DNA of 64,000 bases from an uncultured Gemmatimonadales bacterium (lineage in GTDB: Bacteria; Gemmatimonadota; Gemmatimonadetes; Longimicrobiales; Longimicrobiaceae), in assembly GCA_963716255.1 (NCBI GenBank), contig OY970303.1, positions 4,864,001-4,928,000 on the forward strand, given 5' to 3'. Under the pieces are notes generated by a model. It was not told the DNA's origin. It saw only the letters and a program-made list of their open reading frames with translations, and made no database searches. Below, one piece after another: positions 28,426-38,592 of the stretch. The position numbers and the translations under genes were made by a program. Each line of letters opens with the position of its first letter. Position 1 is the first letter of the stretch.

Positions 28426-28475
28426 CGGAGCCGCGGCGCGGCGGGCGCGCGAGTCCCTGCCCGGGAATGGTGGTC

Positions 28476-29960
28476 TCATGCTCTTGACGTGACGGCCGGA
28501 TGCGGCCCGGAGGTGGCTTCGCGCCGGTTCGTCGCCGGGAGCCGCAGCGTGAAGACAGTCTCCCGGCCGACCTCGCTGGCCACGGTGAGGTCGCCGCTCA
28601 GCAGCCGGGCGATCCGTCGGCTGATGGCAAGGCCGAGGCCGCTCCCTTCACCGCCGCTGTCGGGGATCCGGTAGAACTCCAGGAAGATCCTGTCCAGCTC
28701 GGACCCGGCGATCCCCGGTCCGAAGTCGGCCACCCGCACCACGCCCCACCCCTGGACGGCGCCCCCGGCGTCCGGCTCGCGGGCGACCGACAGGACGATC
28801 CGGTCGCTCCCGTGCGCGTACTTGGCCGCGTTGGAGATCAGGTTCCCGACGATCTGCCGGACCCGCGCGGGATCCGTGTGGACCAGCACCGCGTGGAGGG
28901 GAAGCTCCAGGTCGATGCGCTTCCCCGAGGCCGTCGCGGTGCCGAGGTACTCCCCGGCGGCGGAGCGGACGAGCGGGACGAGGTCCACGCGGCCCCACTC
29001 GATCGGGAGGTCTCCCCCCTCGGCGCGCGAGACCTCGAGCAGGTCACGGATGATCCCCAGCGCGCTCCGGATGCACCGGCGCACCGCGTCCACCATCTCT
29101 TCCTGCGCCGGCGCCAGCGGCCCGCGGAGCCCCATCTGCAGGAGCTCGGAGTACCCGTCCGCCGCGCCCAGCGGGTTCTTGATGTCGTGGGTGATCCCCC
29201 GGACCAGCCGCTGGCGGGACTCCATGGTGCGCCGGGTCTCGCGGAGCGCCTGCTCCGCCTGCAGCCTGCGGCCCTCGGCCTCGTGGGCCAGCCGCCTCAG
29301 CTGCCCCCCGAGCCGGGCGACGACCAGCGAGGACGCGAAGGCGAGAAGCACCAGGCCCGCCGTGACGACCAGGCCCAGGCGCTCCAGCTCCCGGATGCGC
29401 TCGCCGCGCGTCTGCGCGGCCCGCATGATGGCCGCGTCCAGGTCGCGGGCCGCGCCCAGTGCCTGCTCGTAGAGCGCCTGCTCGTTGGCGATCCCGGCGA
29501 GGAACGCGGGGGACGCCTCGCGGCGGCGGACGACCTCGGACTCGTCGACCCGCCGGTGCCATTCGGCGGAGAGCGTGTGGAGCTCGGCGAACTCGTGGGC
29601 GACCTCCGGGCCCAGGCCGTGCGCGAGGGGATGGAGCTGCCGGTAGGTGACCTGCTCCCGGGCGCGGGCCTGCGAGTAGACGTCCAGGAACTCCGCCCGG
29701 CTGGTGAGCAGGAAGCCGCGCAGCGCGGACATCTCCCGGGCCAGCGCGAACTGGATCCCGGTCACCAGGGTGCGCCCCGGGTCCGCGCTCTCGTCGATCT
29801 CCGCGCGCACCGCGTCGATGCGCCGCTGCAGCAGGACCGGAGCGAGCACCGACAGCGTGAGCGAGACAAGGACCAGCCCCAGCGCCAGCGAGCCGATCCA
29901 TGCCGGACGCGCGCGGCGTGGCTCATCCGGAACCGCGTCGAGCCCACGCTCCGCCGTCAC
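28476..29960 (-). CDS. Membrane sensor histidine kinase
   Basis: Two TM helices around a helical sensor; H-box THDIKNPL, NLISNAAKY, DFGPGI, GSGLGLAI. Start (GTG) approximate. Confidence 0.9.
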   Translation of the reverse strand: MTAERGLDAVPDEPRRARPAWIGSLALGLVLVSLTLSVLAPVLLQRRIDAVRAEIDESADPGRTLVTGIQFALAREMSALRGFLLTSRAEFLDVYSQARAREQVTYRQLHPLAHGLGPEVAHEFAELHTLSAEWHRRVDESEVVRRREASPAFLAGIANEQALYEQALGAARDLDAAIMRAAQTRGERIRELERLGLVVTAGLVLLAFASSLVVARLGGQLRRLAHEAEGRRLQAEQALRETRRTMESRQRLVRGITHDIKNPLGAADGYSELLQMGLRGPLAPAQEEMVDAVRRCIRSALGIIRDLLEVSRAEGGDLPIEWGRVDLVPLVRSAAGEYLGTATASGKRIDLELPLHAVLVHTDPARVRQIVGNLISNAAKYAHGSDRIVLSVAREPDAGGAVQGWGVVRVADFGPGIAGSELDRIFLEFYRIPDSGGEGSGLGLAISRRIARLLSGDLTVASEVGRETVFTLRLPATNRREATSGPHPAVTSRA

Positions 29961-29962
29961 GC

Positions 29963-30364
29963 TCAGCCCTCCGTCCGGAACGCGGCGCACTGCGCTCCCG
30001 CGAGATCCGCATTCTCCGCCCCCTCCCACCACTCCCGCCGGCCGCCCTCGTCGACCGGGGATGACGCGTCCGCCCTCGCTTCCCGGGAGAGCCGCGGATC
30101 CCGCAGCGCCCGGTCCATCAGCCGGAACAGGCTCCCCAGCTCCAGGCGCAGGCGCTCCTGGTAGCCCAGCGTGATCACCTCCTCGTCGCAGAGCGATCCG
30201 GGGGCGGCGTGCTGCCGCGCCTCCATCCGCGCGACGCGCACCGCCGCCGAGGTCATCTGCTTCCCGAAGGAGCTTCCCGGGTCCGTGGTGCTCCGGTCCG
30301 CGCACGCCCCCAGCAGCGACATCGCGAGGAAGAGCATGGCCCCCCGCCCGGGCCGTACCCTCAT
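29963..30364 (-). CDS. Hypothetical lipoprotein
   Basis: Lipobox LLGAC; ATG overlaps the slt stop; sits inside the operon. Confidence 0.55.
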   Translation of the reverse strand: MRVRPGRGAMLFLAMSLLGACADRSTTDPGSSFGKQMTSAAVRVARMEARQHAAPGSLCDEEVITLGYQERLRLELGSLFRLMDRALRDPRLSREARADASSPVDEGGRREWWEGAENADLAGAQCAAFRTEG

Positions 30365-32565
30365 CGGTCCCCTCCGGCACGTGCGCCGGGCACCGGCTCC
30401 GCTCCATAGAGCCAGGCGTACAGGCGGGCGTTGCGCTGCACCACCTGCACGTACTCCCGTGTCTCCGCGTACGGAATCCGCTCGGCGAACAGCTCCTCGT
30501 CGCGGAACTCGGGGAAGGCACGCCACCGGGCGACCCGTCCAGACCCCGCGTTGTAGCCCGCGAGCACGTCGGTGAGCCGCGCCCCGGGGGCGCGGAGCAG
30601 CCCGGCCAGGTGGTGGACTCCCAGGCGCAGGTTGAGGTCGGGACGCTTGAGCTGCTCCGGGCGGAAGCCGGGGATTCCCTCGGAGCGGGCGAGCGAGCGT
30701 CCAGTCTCCGGCATCACCTGCATCAGCCCCACCGCGCCCGCACCGCTCACCGCGGCGGAGTCGAACATGGACTCCTGCCGGATCAGGCCCGCGACCAGGA
30801 ACGGGTCGATCCCCCACCGCCCCGCCTCGGCGACGATCCGCCCCCGGTAGGGGAATGGATACACGATGCGGAGCAGCCGGCGGTTCCACGCCCCTTCGGC
30901 CCGGAACACGTCCCACCCCAGGCGGATCCCGGCGGCCAGCTGCCCCGCCTGCTGGAGCCCCTCGGCTACCGGGTACAGCCCTTCCGGCGCGCCGTCGAAG
31001 TGCAGCCGGACGCGCTCCATCTCCAGCTCCACGGCTCCGGGGATCCCCGCCTCCCGGAGGACGGCCAGGCGCGCCAGCGCACCCCGCGCCTCTTCCTCCA
31101 CCCGCGGACCGGCCCGGGGCCCGGCGGGCAGGGAGGCCGCGGACAGCTCTCCCCCGGTGCTCTCCAGGGCGCGCAGGCCGTAGTAGGAGACGGGACCGGC
31201 CTGGACCGTCTCCCGGAACAGCTCCCGCGCGCGGCCCCGGTCCCCCGCCGCGTGGTGCATCCGGGCCATCCAGTAGGTCGCGGCCTGGAAGGGCTCGCCC
31301 CGGGGATGCGCGTCGCGGCTGCGCTCGAACGTCGCCGCGGCCCGCTCCGGACGCCCGTCCAAGTAGTCGAGGCCGCCCAGCCGCATCGCGGCGGCCGCCT
31401 TATTCGGGGAGCTGCCGGGAGCGGCCAGCACGCGCGCGTACCCGGCCCGCGCCTCGCGGTGGCGGCCCGCGTCGTGGTCGAGGTCTGCGACCGCGAACAG
31501 GGCCTCGACCACGGCGGCTTCCTCCGGGAAGCGGTCGGCCGCCTGCCGGAACGTCGCGACCGCGCGCTCCTGTGCCCCCTGCCGGTACTGCGACCGGGCC
31601 GCGAGGAGCAGCGCCTCCGCGGCGACCGCCGGGGGGGCCAAGCGCGCCAGCGCCAGGAGCGTCCGCTCCGCCTCCGCGTGCCGCCCGGCGCGCTGCCTCG
31701 CCCGCCCGATCTCCAGGCGGACCTCGGCGACGTCGGCGGGCCCGGCGGGAACCGAGGCCAGGTAGGCTTCGAGGTCGGCGATGCCGGGGTCGGTCTGCGC
31801 GTGCGCGAGCAGGACGCGTCCCGTCTGCTTCCTCTCGTCCGGTGTTGCGCCGCGGAGCCCGCGGAGGGCACGGGCGCCCCGGAGAGCCGCCGCGGTGCGC
31901 GGGGCGGCATCGAGGGCGCGTGCGAGGTCGGCCCGTGCCGCGGCGGTGTCGCCGCGGGCCAGCCGCAGCTCCGCGGCGCGGACCCAGGCCTCAGCCCGGC
32001 GCGCGGGAGTGCCCAGGTGCGGCGCGGCGGAGGCGGCCGCCTCCGCCGCGCGGACGGGATCACCGGCCTTCCGGAACCCCTCGGCCCGCGCCTGCCACCC
32101 CCGCTCGCGCACCAGCCCGGGCTCGCCCTCCGCGAGAGCCGCGCGCACCCCGGCCGTGTCCCCCGCCGAGGCCGCGGCCTCCGCTTCGAGGACCCTGGCC
32201 CAGTCCGCGATCCCCGGGTGCGCTCGCGCGGCCGCGCGGAACGACGTCCGGGCGCCGGCCGCGTCGCCGGCGTGCTGGAGGGCGCTCGCCGCGCGCAGCC
32301 CGGCCGCGGCCGGGGCGACCAACTCGGCCGCGGCCGCTCCGCGGAGGTACGGCAGGAGGGGAGCCGGCCGCGGCGCCTCCACCGCGGCCTCCACCGGCGT
32401 CGCGGGCGTATCCGCGCCGCCCGTGCTCGTCGTGGGTCCGGGAGCACACCCTGCCCCCGACGCCGCCATGCCGAGGAGCCCGAGCACGGCGCCTCGCCCG
32501 AGGGCCGTGCGGGACGAGCGCCTTCCCGGGAGACCTCCTGCACTCCGACGAATGCTGAACTGCAT
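30361..32565 (-). CDS. Soluble lytic transglycosylase (SLT domain) with TPR-like repeats, lipoprotein
   Basis: LIRQESMF, GAVGLMQVMPETG, AGYNAG, IPYAETREYV motifs. Confidence 0.92.
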   Translation of the reverse strand: MQFSIRRSAGGLPGRRSSRTALGRGAVLGLLGMAASGAGCAPGPTTSTGGADTPATPVEAAVEAPRPAPLLPYLRGAAAAELVAPAAAGLRAASALQHAGDAAGARTSFRAAARAHPGIADWARVLEAEAAASAGDTAGVRAALAEGEPGLVRERGWQARAEGFRKAGDPVRAAEAAASAAPHLGTPARRAEAWVRAAELRLARGDTAAARADLARALDAAPRTAAALRGARALRGLRGATPDERKQTGRVLLAHAQTDPGIADLEAYLASVPAGPADVAEVRLEIGRARQRAGRHAEAERTLLALARLAPPAVAAEALLLAARSQYRQGAQERAVATFRQAADRFPEEAAVVEALFAVADLDHDAGRHREARAGYARVLAAPGSSPNKAAAAMRLGGLDYLDGRPERAAATFERSRDAHPRGEPFQAATYWMARMHHAAGDRGRARELFRETVQAGPVSYYGLRALESTGGELSAASLPAGPRAGPRVEEEARGALARLAVLREAGIPGAVELEMERVRLHFDGAPEGLYPVAEGLQQAGQLAAGIRLGWDVFRAEGAWNRRLLRIVYPFPYRGRIVAEAGRWGIDPFLVAGLIRQESMFDSAAVSGAGAVGLMQVMPETGRSLARSEGIPGFRPEQLKRPDLNLRLGVHHLAGLLRAPGARLTDVLAGYNAGSGRVARWRAFPEFRDEELFAERIPYAETREYVQVVQRNARLYAWLYGAEPVPGARAGGDR

Positions 32566-32568
32566 GGG

Positions 32569-33138
32569 TCAGGGGTTTCCGGTTCCGGGGCGGCGGCCGA
32601 GCACCACGAACTCCGCCCGGCGGTTCCGGGCGTGCGCCTCCTCGCCGGAGCCGAGCTCCAGCGGACGCTCCTCCCCGTGGCTCGTCACGCCGATCCGCCG
32701 GGGCTCGACGCCGAAGCCGACCAGGTACTCCCTGGCCGCGCTGGCCCTCCGCATCCCCAGGGCGAGGTTGTACTCGGTGGAGCCCTGCTCGTCGGCGTGT
32801 CCCTCCACCCGGACGCGGACCAACGGGTCGGTGCGGAGGAGGACCGCCTTCTGATCGAGGATGCTCCGGGCCGGCCCGTCGAGGTCGAACGAGTCGAAGC
32901 CGAAGAAGATCATCTCCGAGAGCACCGCGTCCCGGCGCGCCGCCTCCTCCCTCCGCCGTGCCTCGTCCGCCTCGCGGCGCGACCGCTCCTCGGCCTCGCG
33001 CTCCGCCGCGCGGCGGTCCGCTTCGGCTTCGGTGGCGGGCCCCCCGCCGGGGGTGGTGGTGGTCCCGCGCGGCTTCTTGGCGCACCCGGTCAGCGCCAGG
33101 GCCGCGCACAGTGCGCCGATGACGAACGTGCTCCGCAT
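32569..33138 (-). CDS. pal: Peptidoglycan-associated lipoprotein (Pal/OmpA family)
   Basis: LTGC lipobox; IFFGFDS, EGHADEQGSTEYNLALGMRRA, SHGEERP, NRRAEF. Confidence 0.88.
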   Translation of the reverse strand: MRSTFVIGALCAALALTGCAKKPRGTTTTPGGGPATEAEADRRAAEREAEERSRREADEARRREEAARRDAVLSEMIFFGFDSFDLDGPARSILDQKAVLLRTDPLVRVRVEGHADEQGSTEYNLALGMRRASAAREYLVGFGVEPRRIGVTSHGEERPLELGSGEEAHARNRRAEFVVLGRRPGTGNP

Positions 33139-33208
33139 GTGATCTCCTTGGGTCGGGCTGGAATGCTCCCTGGGGGAGCCGGGTTTCGCGGTCCGCGGAT
33201 CGGACCGA

Positions 33209-33631
33209 CTACGAGGGATGGGGCTCGACGCCCTCCGGCGCGCCCGGGCGCACGCGCCCGGCGACCACCAGGACCGGGACCGGACAGCGCGTGAGCAGCT
33301 GCGCGGCTGTGGAGCCGGGCCCGAGCGGGTGGAAACCGGTCCGCCCGTGGCTTCCCACGGCCACCAGGGAGGCGCCGACCTCCAGCGCGCAGCGGACGAT
33401 CTGCGCCCAGGGGACGCCGAAGCGGAGGGTGAGACCGCTGGGATCGACGCCGACCTCGGACATCCACGCCCTCACGGCGCGATCGGGCTGCCACAGGGCG
33501 GCGCCGGCGACGTGCACGATCATCACCTCCGTGCCCAGGGCCGACGCGAGATCCCTTGCCTCCCGCACCGCCCCGGCGGAGCCGTCCGAAAAATCGGTCG
33601 CGACCAGGATCGGCCCGGCTGGCTGCTTCAA
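33209..33631 (-). CDS. Universal stress protein
   Basis: ILVATDFSDGS, VGSHGRTG, GSTAAQLL...CPVPVLVV. TTG start inferred. Confidence 0.8.
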   Translation of the reverse strand: MKQPAGPILVATDFSDGSAGAVREARDLASALGTEVMIVHVAGAALWQPDRAVRAWMSEVGVDPSGLTLRFGVPWAQIVRCALEVGASLVAVGSHGRTGFHPLGPGSTAAQLLTRCPVPVLVVAGRVRPGAPEGVEPHPS

Positions 33632-33709
33632 GCGCTTTTCGTCGGTCTCGGAGGGGAGGCACGCGCGGAGCACGGGCAGGATCGCCGAGGTCGTGCGCCC
33701 CCCGGAAAG

Positions 33710-33864
33710 GCAAGGCTCGGACCACGGGAAAATTTCCCGTAAATTACCCCACTGCTTGGAGATAGAGTTTTCGTGGAGAAACGCGGGGATGGGGCGGTCT
33801 GCCCCGGAAAGGCGGGATTGCAGCGGGGGCGCGAAATCCGGGGTGTGGCAGGATGCCACACCCC
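33710..33864 (-). promoter_or_regulatory. Putative sigma54 promoter with upstream palindromic enhancer sites
   Basis: Minus strand TGGTCCGAGCCTTGC (GG-N10-GC, 33724-33710). Palindromes ACGGGAAAATTTCCCGT (33724-33740), GGGGCGGTCTGCCCC (about 33791-33805) and GGGGTGTGGCAGGATGCCACACCCC (about 33840-33864). Adjacent to an NtrC-family gene. Confidence 0.55.
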
Positions 33865-33876
33865 TGTCCCGGATCG

Positions 33877-35247
33877 CTACACGTCGGAGGGGGTGTCCTG
33901 CCCGAACTCGGCGAGCTTGCGGTAGAGCGTCTTGCGGTCGAGTCCCAGGATCTCGGCCGCGCGCGACTTGTTGCCTCCGGTCTGCCGGAGGACCTCGAGG
34001 ATGTACTCCCGCTCCAGCTCGCGGAGCGGGAGCTGGCGCTGGGAAGCGTCGGCCACCAGCGTGGCGGTCCGGCCCACCTCGCGCACCCGGGGAGGAAGGT
34101 CCTCGGGGTGGACCACGTCGGTGGCGGCGAGGGTGGCGGCCCGCGCGATGGCGTTCCGCAGCTCCCTCACGTTGCCCGGCCAGGGGTACGAGGTGAGCAT
34201 GGCCAGCGCCTCGCGGGAGATCTGCCGCGCGCCCGGCCGGGAGGACCCTGCCGCGGGGCCGGAAACCGTCAGGAAGTGCTCGGCGAGGAGGGGGATGTCC
34301 GCGGTCCGCTCGCGCAGCGGGGGCACGGCGACGTGCAGGACGTTGAGCCGCCAGAAGAGGTCCTCGCGGAAGCGGCCCTCCCGGACCTCCTCCTCCAGGT
34401 CGCGGTTGGTCGCGGCGACCACGCGCACGTCCACGCGGTGCGCCTCCGTGGCGCCCACCCGGCGGACCTCGCCCGATTCGAGGACCCGGAGCAGCTTGGG
34501 CTGGAGCGCCGGGGGAAGCTCCCCCACCTCGTCCAGGAAGAGGGTGCCGCCGTCGGCCGCGTGGAACAGCCCGACCTTGTCGCGGTCGGCGCCGGTGAAC
34601 GCGCCCCTGACGTGGCCGAAGAGCTCGGACTCGAGGAGGTGCTCGGGGAGGGCGGCGCAGTTGACCGCCACGAACGCGCTCCGGCTGGAGTACCGGTGGA
34701 GGGAGTCGGCGACGAGCTCCTTGCCGGTCCCGCTCTCGCCGGTGATCAGGACGGGGTGGCCGGAGTCCGCGATCCGGCTCAGCATCCGGAAGAGCTCCTG
34801 CATCGGGCGGCTCGCGCCGACGAACCCCGGCGGGGGGGCCGCCGCGGCCCGGGAGAGCCGCGCCACCTCGCGGCGCAGGCGGCTCTCCTGGAGCGCACGC
34901 TCGACCGTCAGGAGGAGCTCGTCCGTCCCGAACGGCTTGGTCAGGTAGTCGTACGCGCCGGCCTTCATCATCTCGATCGCCGAGTCGATCGATCCGAACG
35001 CGGTGATGACGACGACGTTCAGCTCCGGGCGGCGCGCGCGGATCTCCTGCAGGAGCTCGTGCCCCCGCATCCCCGGCAGGACGAGGTCGGTGACGACCAG
35101 GTCGGCGGGCTCCCCCGTCATGAGGTGCCGGAGGGCGGCGTCCGCGGTGGGGAACACCTCCACGGAGTACCCGGCCTCGCCGAGCGCTTCCGCCAGGAAC
35201 TCGCGGAGGTCCCGGTGGTCCTCGACGACGACGATCCGCTCAGGCAC
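33877..35247 (-). CDS. sigma54-dependent response regulator (NtrC family)
   Basis: Receiver domain, GESGTGKE, ESELFGHVRGAFTGA, WPGNVREL, Fis-type HTH. Confidence 0.97.
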   Translation of the reverse strand: MPERIVVVEDHRDLREFLAEALGEAGYSVEVFPTADAALRHLMTGEPADLVVTDLVLPGMRGHELLQEIRARRPELNVVVITAFGSIDSAIEMMKAGAYDYLTKPFGTDELLLTVERALQESRLRREVARLSRAAAAPPPGFVGASRPMQELFRMLSRIADSGHPVLITGESGTGKELVADSLHRYSSRSAFVAVNCAALPEHLLESELFGHVRGAFTGADRDKVGLFHAADGGTLFLDEVGELPPALQPKLLRVLESGEVRRVGATEAHRVDVRVVAATNRDLEEEVREGRFREDLFWRLNVLHVAVPPLRERTADIPLLAEHFLTVSGPAAGSSRPGARQISREALAMLTSYPWPGNVRELRNAIARAATLAATDVVHPEDLPPRVREVGRTATLVADASQRQLPLRELEREYILEVLRQTGGNKSRAAEILGLDRKTLYRKLAEFGQDTPSDV

Positions 35248-36736
35248 GCGTGGCCTCCGACGTCGCCGGGAATACGATCCGGAACCGGGCCCCGCCCGCG
35301 GGGGCCGCCCCGGCGTCGATATGCCCCCCGTGCTCCTCGACGATCCCGCGCACCACGGCCAGCCCGAGGCCCGTCCCCTGCCCGCCGCTCTTGGTGGTGA
35401 AGAAGGGCTCGAAGATCCGGGGAAGCGCCTCGGCCGGGATCCCCGGGCCGGCGTCTTCCACCTCCACCCGGACCTCCCCCGGCGCGCTCCCGGCACTCTC
35501 GTCGCCCGGCCCGGCCACCGCCAGGCGCACCGTGATCCTGCGCGCTCCGTCGTCCGGTTCCATCGCCTGCATGGCGTTGATGAACAGGTTGGTGAAAACC
35601 TGGTGCAGGAGGTGGGGATCGCCGTCGACCTCCGCCGCGGGTGCCCCCTCCCGCACCACCACGACCCCCGTCCGGGCGAACTCCCCCTCCAGGAACTCCG
35701 TGACGCCGTCGATCACACGGGCCAGGTCGGTGCGCTCGATCCGGGGCTCCCGGCGCCGCGCGAAGTCGAGGAGGTTCTGCACGACCAGGGTGATCCTGCC
35801 GATCTGCTCCACGATGATGCGGAGGTTGCGCTCGCTCGCCTCCGGCTGGGGCACCCGCCGGAGCAGCATCTCCGCGCGCCCGCGGATGACGTGCAGCGGG
35901 GCCGCGATCTCGTGCGCGAGCCCGGCGGCCAGGCTGCCCACCGCGGCGAGCTTCTCGGTTTGCCGGAGCCGCCGCTCCAGGAGCACCCTCTCCTCCCCTT
36001 CCCGGATCAGCCCGGCGCGGGCCGCCTGCAGGTGCTCCACCATGCGGTTGAACTCGCGGGCCAGCTCCGCCAGCTCCCCGCCCCCGGGATCGGGGGTGAG
36101 CCGGTGGGACATCTCTCCGCGTCCCAGCGCCCGGACGGCGGCCACCAGCCGCTCCAGCGGCCGGCCGATCAGGCGGCGCACCAACCAGAGGATGAGGACG
36201 GTGACGGCGACGAGGAGGGTGAGGGTGTTCAGGGCGAACCGCTGGCGGACGCGGGCCGTTTCCGCGCGCAGCGAGGCCAGCGGCTGGGCCACCTCGAAGG
36301 CGGCGGCGACCCTGCCCGACGGGCCCGGGATGGGGTGGAGCACGGAGTACACGTGCTCGTCCCCGATGCGCCGCTCGAACTCCGTGACCTGCCCGGTGGC
36401 GAGAACCTTCCCCAGCAGTGCAGGCGGGGCGGTCGTCCCGGCCTGCAGGGGATCGGAGGCGAACAGCGTCCGCCCGTCCGCCCCGTAGACCAGGACGCCG
36501 TAGATCTGCCGCTCCCGGCTGATCCGGTCGATGATGGCCTGCACGTCGCGGAGGTCGGGGTCCCGGAACGCCTGCTCCAGGCTGATGCCGAGCGCCGTGG
36601 CGTAGGCACGGGTCTCCCGCCGGGCCTCCTCCGCCAGCACCGTCTGGCGCTGGTACAGGGCCCACGCCCCGTACGCCGCCATGACCCCGGCGACGGCCAG
36701 GAGGAGCGGGATGAGCAGGCGCGAGCTGAGCCTCAT
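35240..36736 (-). CDS. HAMP-domain sensor histidine kinase (cognate of the NtrC regulator)
   Basis: TM-sensor-TM-HAMP; AHEIAAPL, NLFINA, FEPFFTTK, GTGLGL. Confidence 0.93.
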   Translation of the reverse strand: MRLSSRLLIPLLLAVAGVMAAYGAWALYQRQTVLAEEARRETRAYATALGISLEQAFRDPDLRDVQAIIDRISRERQIYGVLVYGADGRTLFASDPLQAGTTAPPALLGKVLATGQVTEFERRIGDEHVYSVLHPIPGPSGRVAAAFEVAQPLASLRAETARVRQRFALNTLTLLVAVTVLILWLVRRLIGRPLERLVAAVRALGRGEMSHRLTPDPGGGELAELAREFNRMVEHLQAARAGLIREGEERVLLERRLRQTEKLAAVGSLAAGLAHEIAAPLHVIRGRAEMLLRRVPQPEASERNLRIIVEQIGRITLVVQNLLDFARRREPRIERTDLARVIDGVTEFLEGEFARTGVVVVREGAPAAEVDGDPHLLHQVFTNLFINAMQAMEPDDGARRITVRLAVAGPGDESAGSAPGEVRVEVEDAGPGIPAEALPRIFEPFFTTKSGGQGTGLGLAVVRGIVEEHGGHIDAGAAPAGGARFRIVFPATSEATRA

Positions 36737-38427
36737 CGCTCGCCGGCGCCGCCCGACGCGCGCGCCGCCGGTGAGGGAGCGGCTGCGGGAGCGGCCGCGC
36801 TGTCCGGGCGGATGCACGGGGCCGCGGCGTAGCGCACGCTCCACCGCGCGCCCGCGGAGTCCACCGCGATGCGCCCTCCCGGCACGGACAGCGCTTCCGC
36901 CCGAGTGCGCTCCGCCACGCGCGCCAGCGCCGTGTCGCCCGCGATCGCGGGCCTGCCGGGGAGGGCCACGCAGGCGTACAGGCGGTCCGTGGTCCGCACC
37001 GCGTCCACCGCGCCCAGGAACGCCGGAAGCCACTCCGCCCCGCGTCCCGCCGGCGCGGCGGCGGGCTCGCGGGGATACGCGCGCGTCCGCACGTCCACGC
37101 CGGTCCCGATCCGCTCCGACACCGCGCGGCCGAGCAGCGCGTCCGCGGCCGCTCCGCCGGGCTCGCCCAGGTACTCGACGAGGACCCGCGGCGCGGCGGA
37201 GTCCGGCACCTCCAGCCTCCACCCCAGGAGCGTGCCCATCTGCCCCTCCGGCCAGGCGCCCCGGACGGCCGCGCCGACCCGCTGCCGGAGGTCGCCCACG
37301 TCGATCCCCACCGGCTCCGGCGCGTCCGTCTCCGCCGCGGAGGCCGCCTGGCGCAGGGCGCCCACGTCCGGCACCGCGATCACCCGGACGGTGGGAGCCA
37401 CCCCGGTGCGCGCCGCGATCCGGGTGGCCAGCTCGTCCTCCAGCGCGGCGGCCTCGTCGGCCGAGCCCACCAGGTACAGGCGGGCGGAGACCGCGCCCGG
37501 CGACACCGTCACCTGCGACTGCACCGCGCTGCGCGACTCCAGCGCCCCGTCCAGGATCCGCGCCACCGCGGTGCGGGCGCGGACCTCCCACGCCACCTGC
37601 TCCAGGGCGCGCCGCAGGGGGACGAACACCGCCACCACCAGCACGAGCGGCAGCCCCACCCGGAGCACCCGTCCATACCGCGTGCCGAACACGGCGCGCA
37701 GGCCCTGCACCGCGCGGCGGACGAACCCGTCCGGCCTCGCCCTTCCCAGGGCCGTCTCCTCCCAGTCCCGCTGGTCCACCCGCTCGAAGCCGAGGGTCCA
37801 GAAGAACACGACCGAGACCAGGAGGATCGCGGTGAGGTTGGTGAGGAACAGGAGCGTGGCGCCCCCGGCGATCCCGGCGTCCCGCACGCCAAGTCCGAAC
37901 CCCGCCACGCAGATGGGGGGAACGAGCGCGATCCCGATGGCGGTGCCGGCCGCCGCGCTGGTCGACTCCGAGCCCGGCCGCGCCGTGGTGAACGCCGCGG
38001 CCACCGCGACGAAGACCGCCAGCAGCAGGTCCAGGGCGGTGGGGGAGGTCCGCGACGCGATCTCCGCCGTGACCTCCTGGAATGGCAGCAGGACCGTGAG
38101 CAGCGCCGCCCCGCCCACCACCGCCAGCACGCTCCCGACCATGCGCGCGAAGGAGCGGAGGGTGAGCACCGCGGAGCCCACCACCAGCCCCATGCCGAGC
38201 TCCACGATGGGGCCCATCAGCGGAGCGATGAGCATCGCCCCGATCACCACGGCCGTGCTGCCGAGCACCAGCCCGACGGTGGCGATGGCCATGGACAGGA
38301 GGAGCTGGAGCCAGTAGCTCACCGCGTCCCGCCGGCGGCGGTTGAACATCGCCTCCACCACGCCCCTCCGGTCCGCCGCGGTCAGGTCCAGCGCGCGGAG
38401 GGCGACGGCGTGGATGCGGCGCTCCAT
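36733..38427 (-). CDS. DUF389 domain membrane protein
   Basis: STAVVIGAMLIAPLMGPI, EIASRTSP, GTAIGIALVPP. Start could be 38463. Confidence 0.85.
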   Translation of the reverse strand: MERRIHAVALRALDLTAADRRGVVEAMFNRRRRDAVSYWLQLLLSMAIATVGLVLGSTAVVIGAMLIAPLMGPIVELGMGLVVGSAVLTLRSFARMVGSVLAVVGGAALLTVLLPFQEVTAEIASRTSPTALDLLLAVFVAVAAAFTTARPGSESTSAAAGTAIGIALVPPICVAGFGLGVRDAGIAGGATLLFLTNLTAILLVSVVFFWTLGFERVDQRDWEETALGRARPDGFVRRAVQGLRAVFGTRYGRVLRVGLPLVLVVAVFVPLRRALEQVAWEVRARTAVARILDGALESRSAVQSQVTVSPGAVSARLYLVGSADEAAALEDELATRIAARTGVAPTVRVIAVPDVGALRQAASAAETDAPEPVGIDVGDLRQRVGAAVRGAWPEGQMGTLLGWRLEVPDSAAPRVLVEYLGEPGGAAADALLGRAVSERIGTGVDVRTRAYPREPAAAPAGRGAEWLPAFLGAVDAVRTTDRLYACVALPGRPAIAGDTALARVAERTRAEALSVPGGRIAVDSAGARWSVRYAAAPCIRPDSAAAPAAAPSPAARASGGAGER

Positions 38428-38592
38428 TACCTGGCGCCGGTTCGCGGGACGGGGTGCGGCCATGAGCTCGGATCGGTCACTGGACGGGCGGGCAGCCCTC
38501 CCGGGAGACGCCGCCGTGAGGCAGGGAAGGTAACTCGCGTCGGAAAGCAGTGGAAAGGCGTGGCGCGGGCCTGCGGCCAGGAGGCCCGGTCG

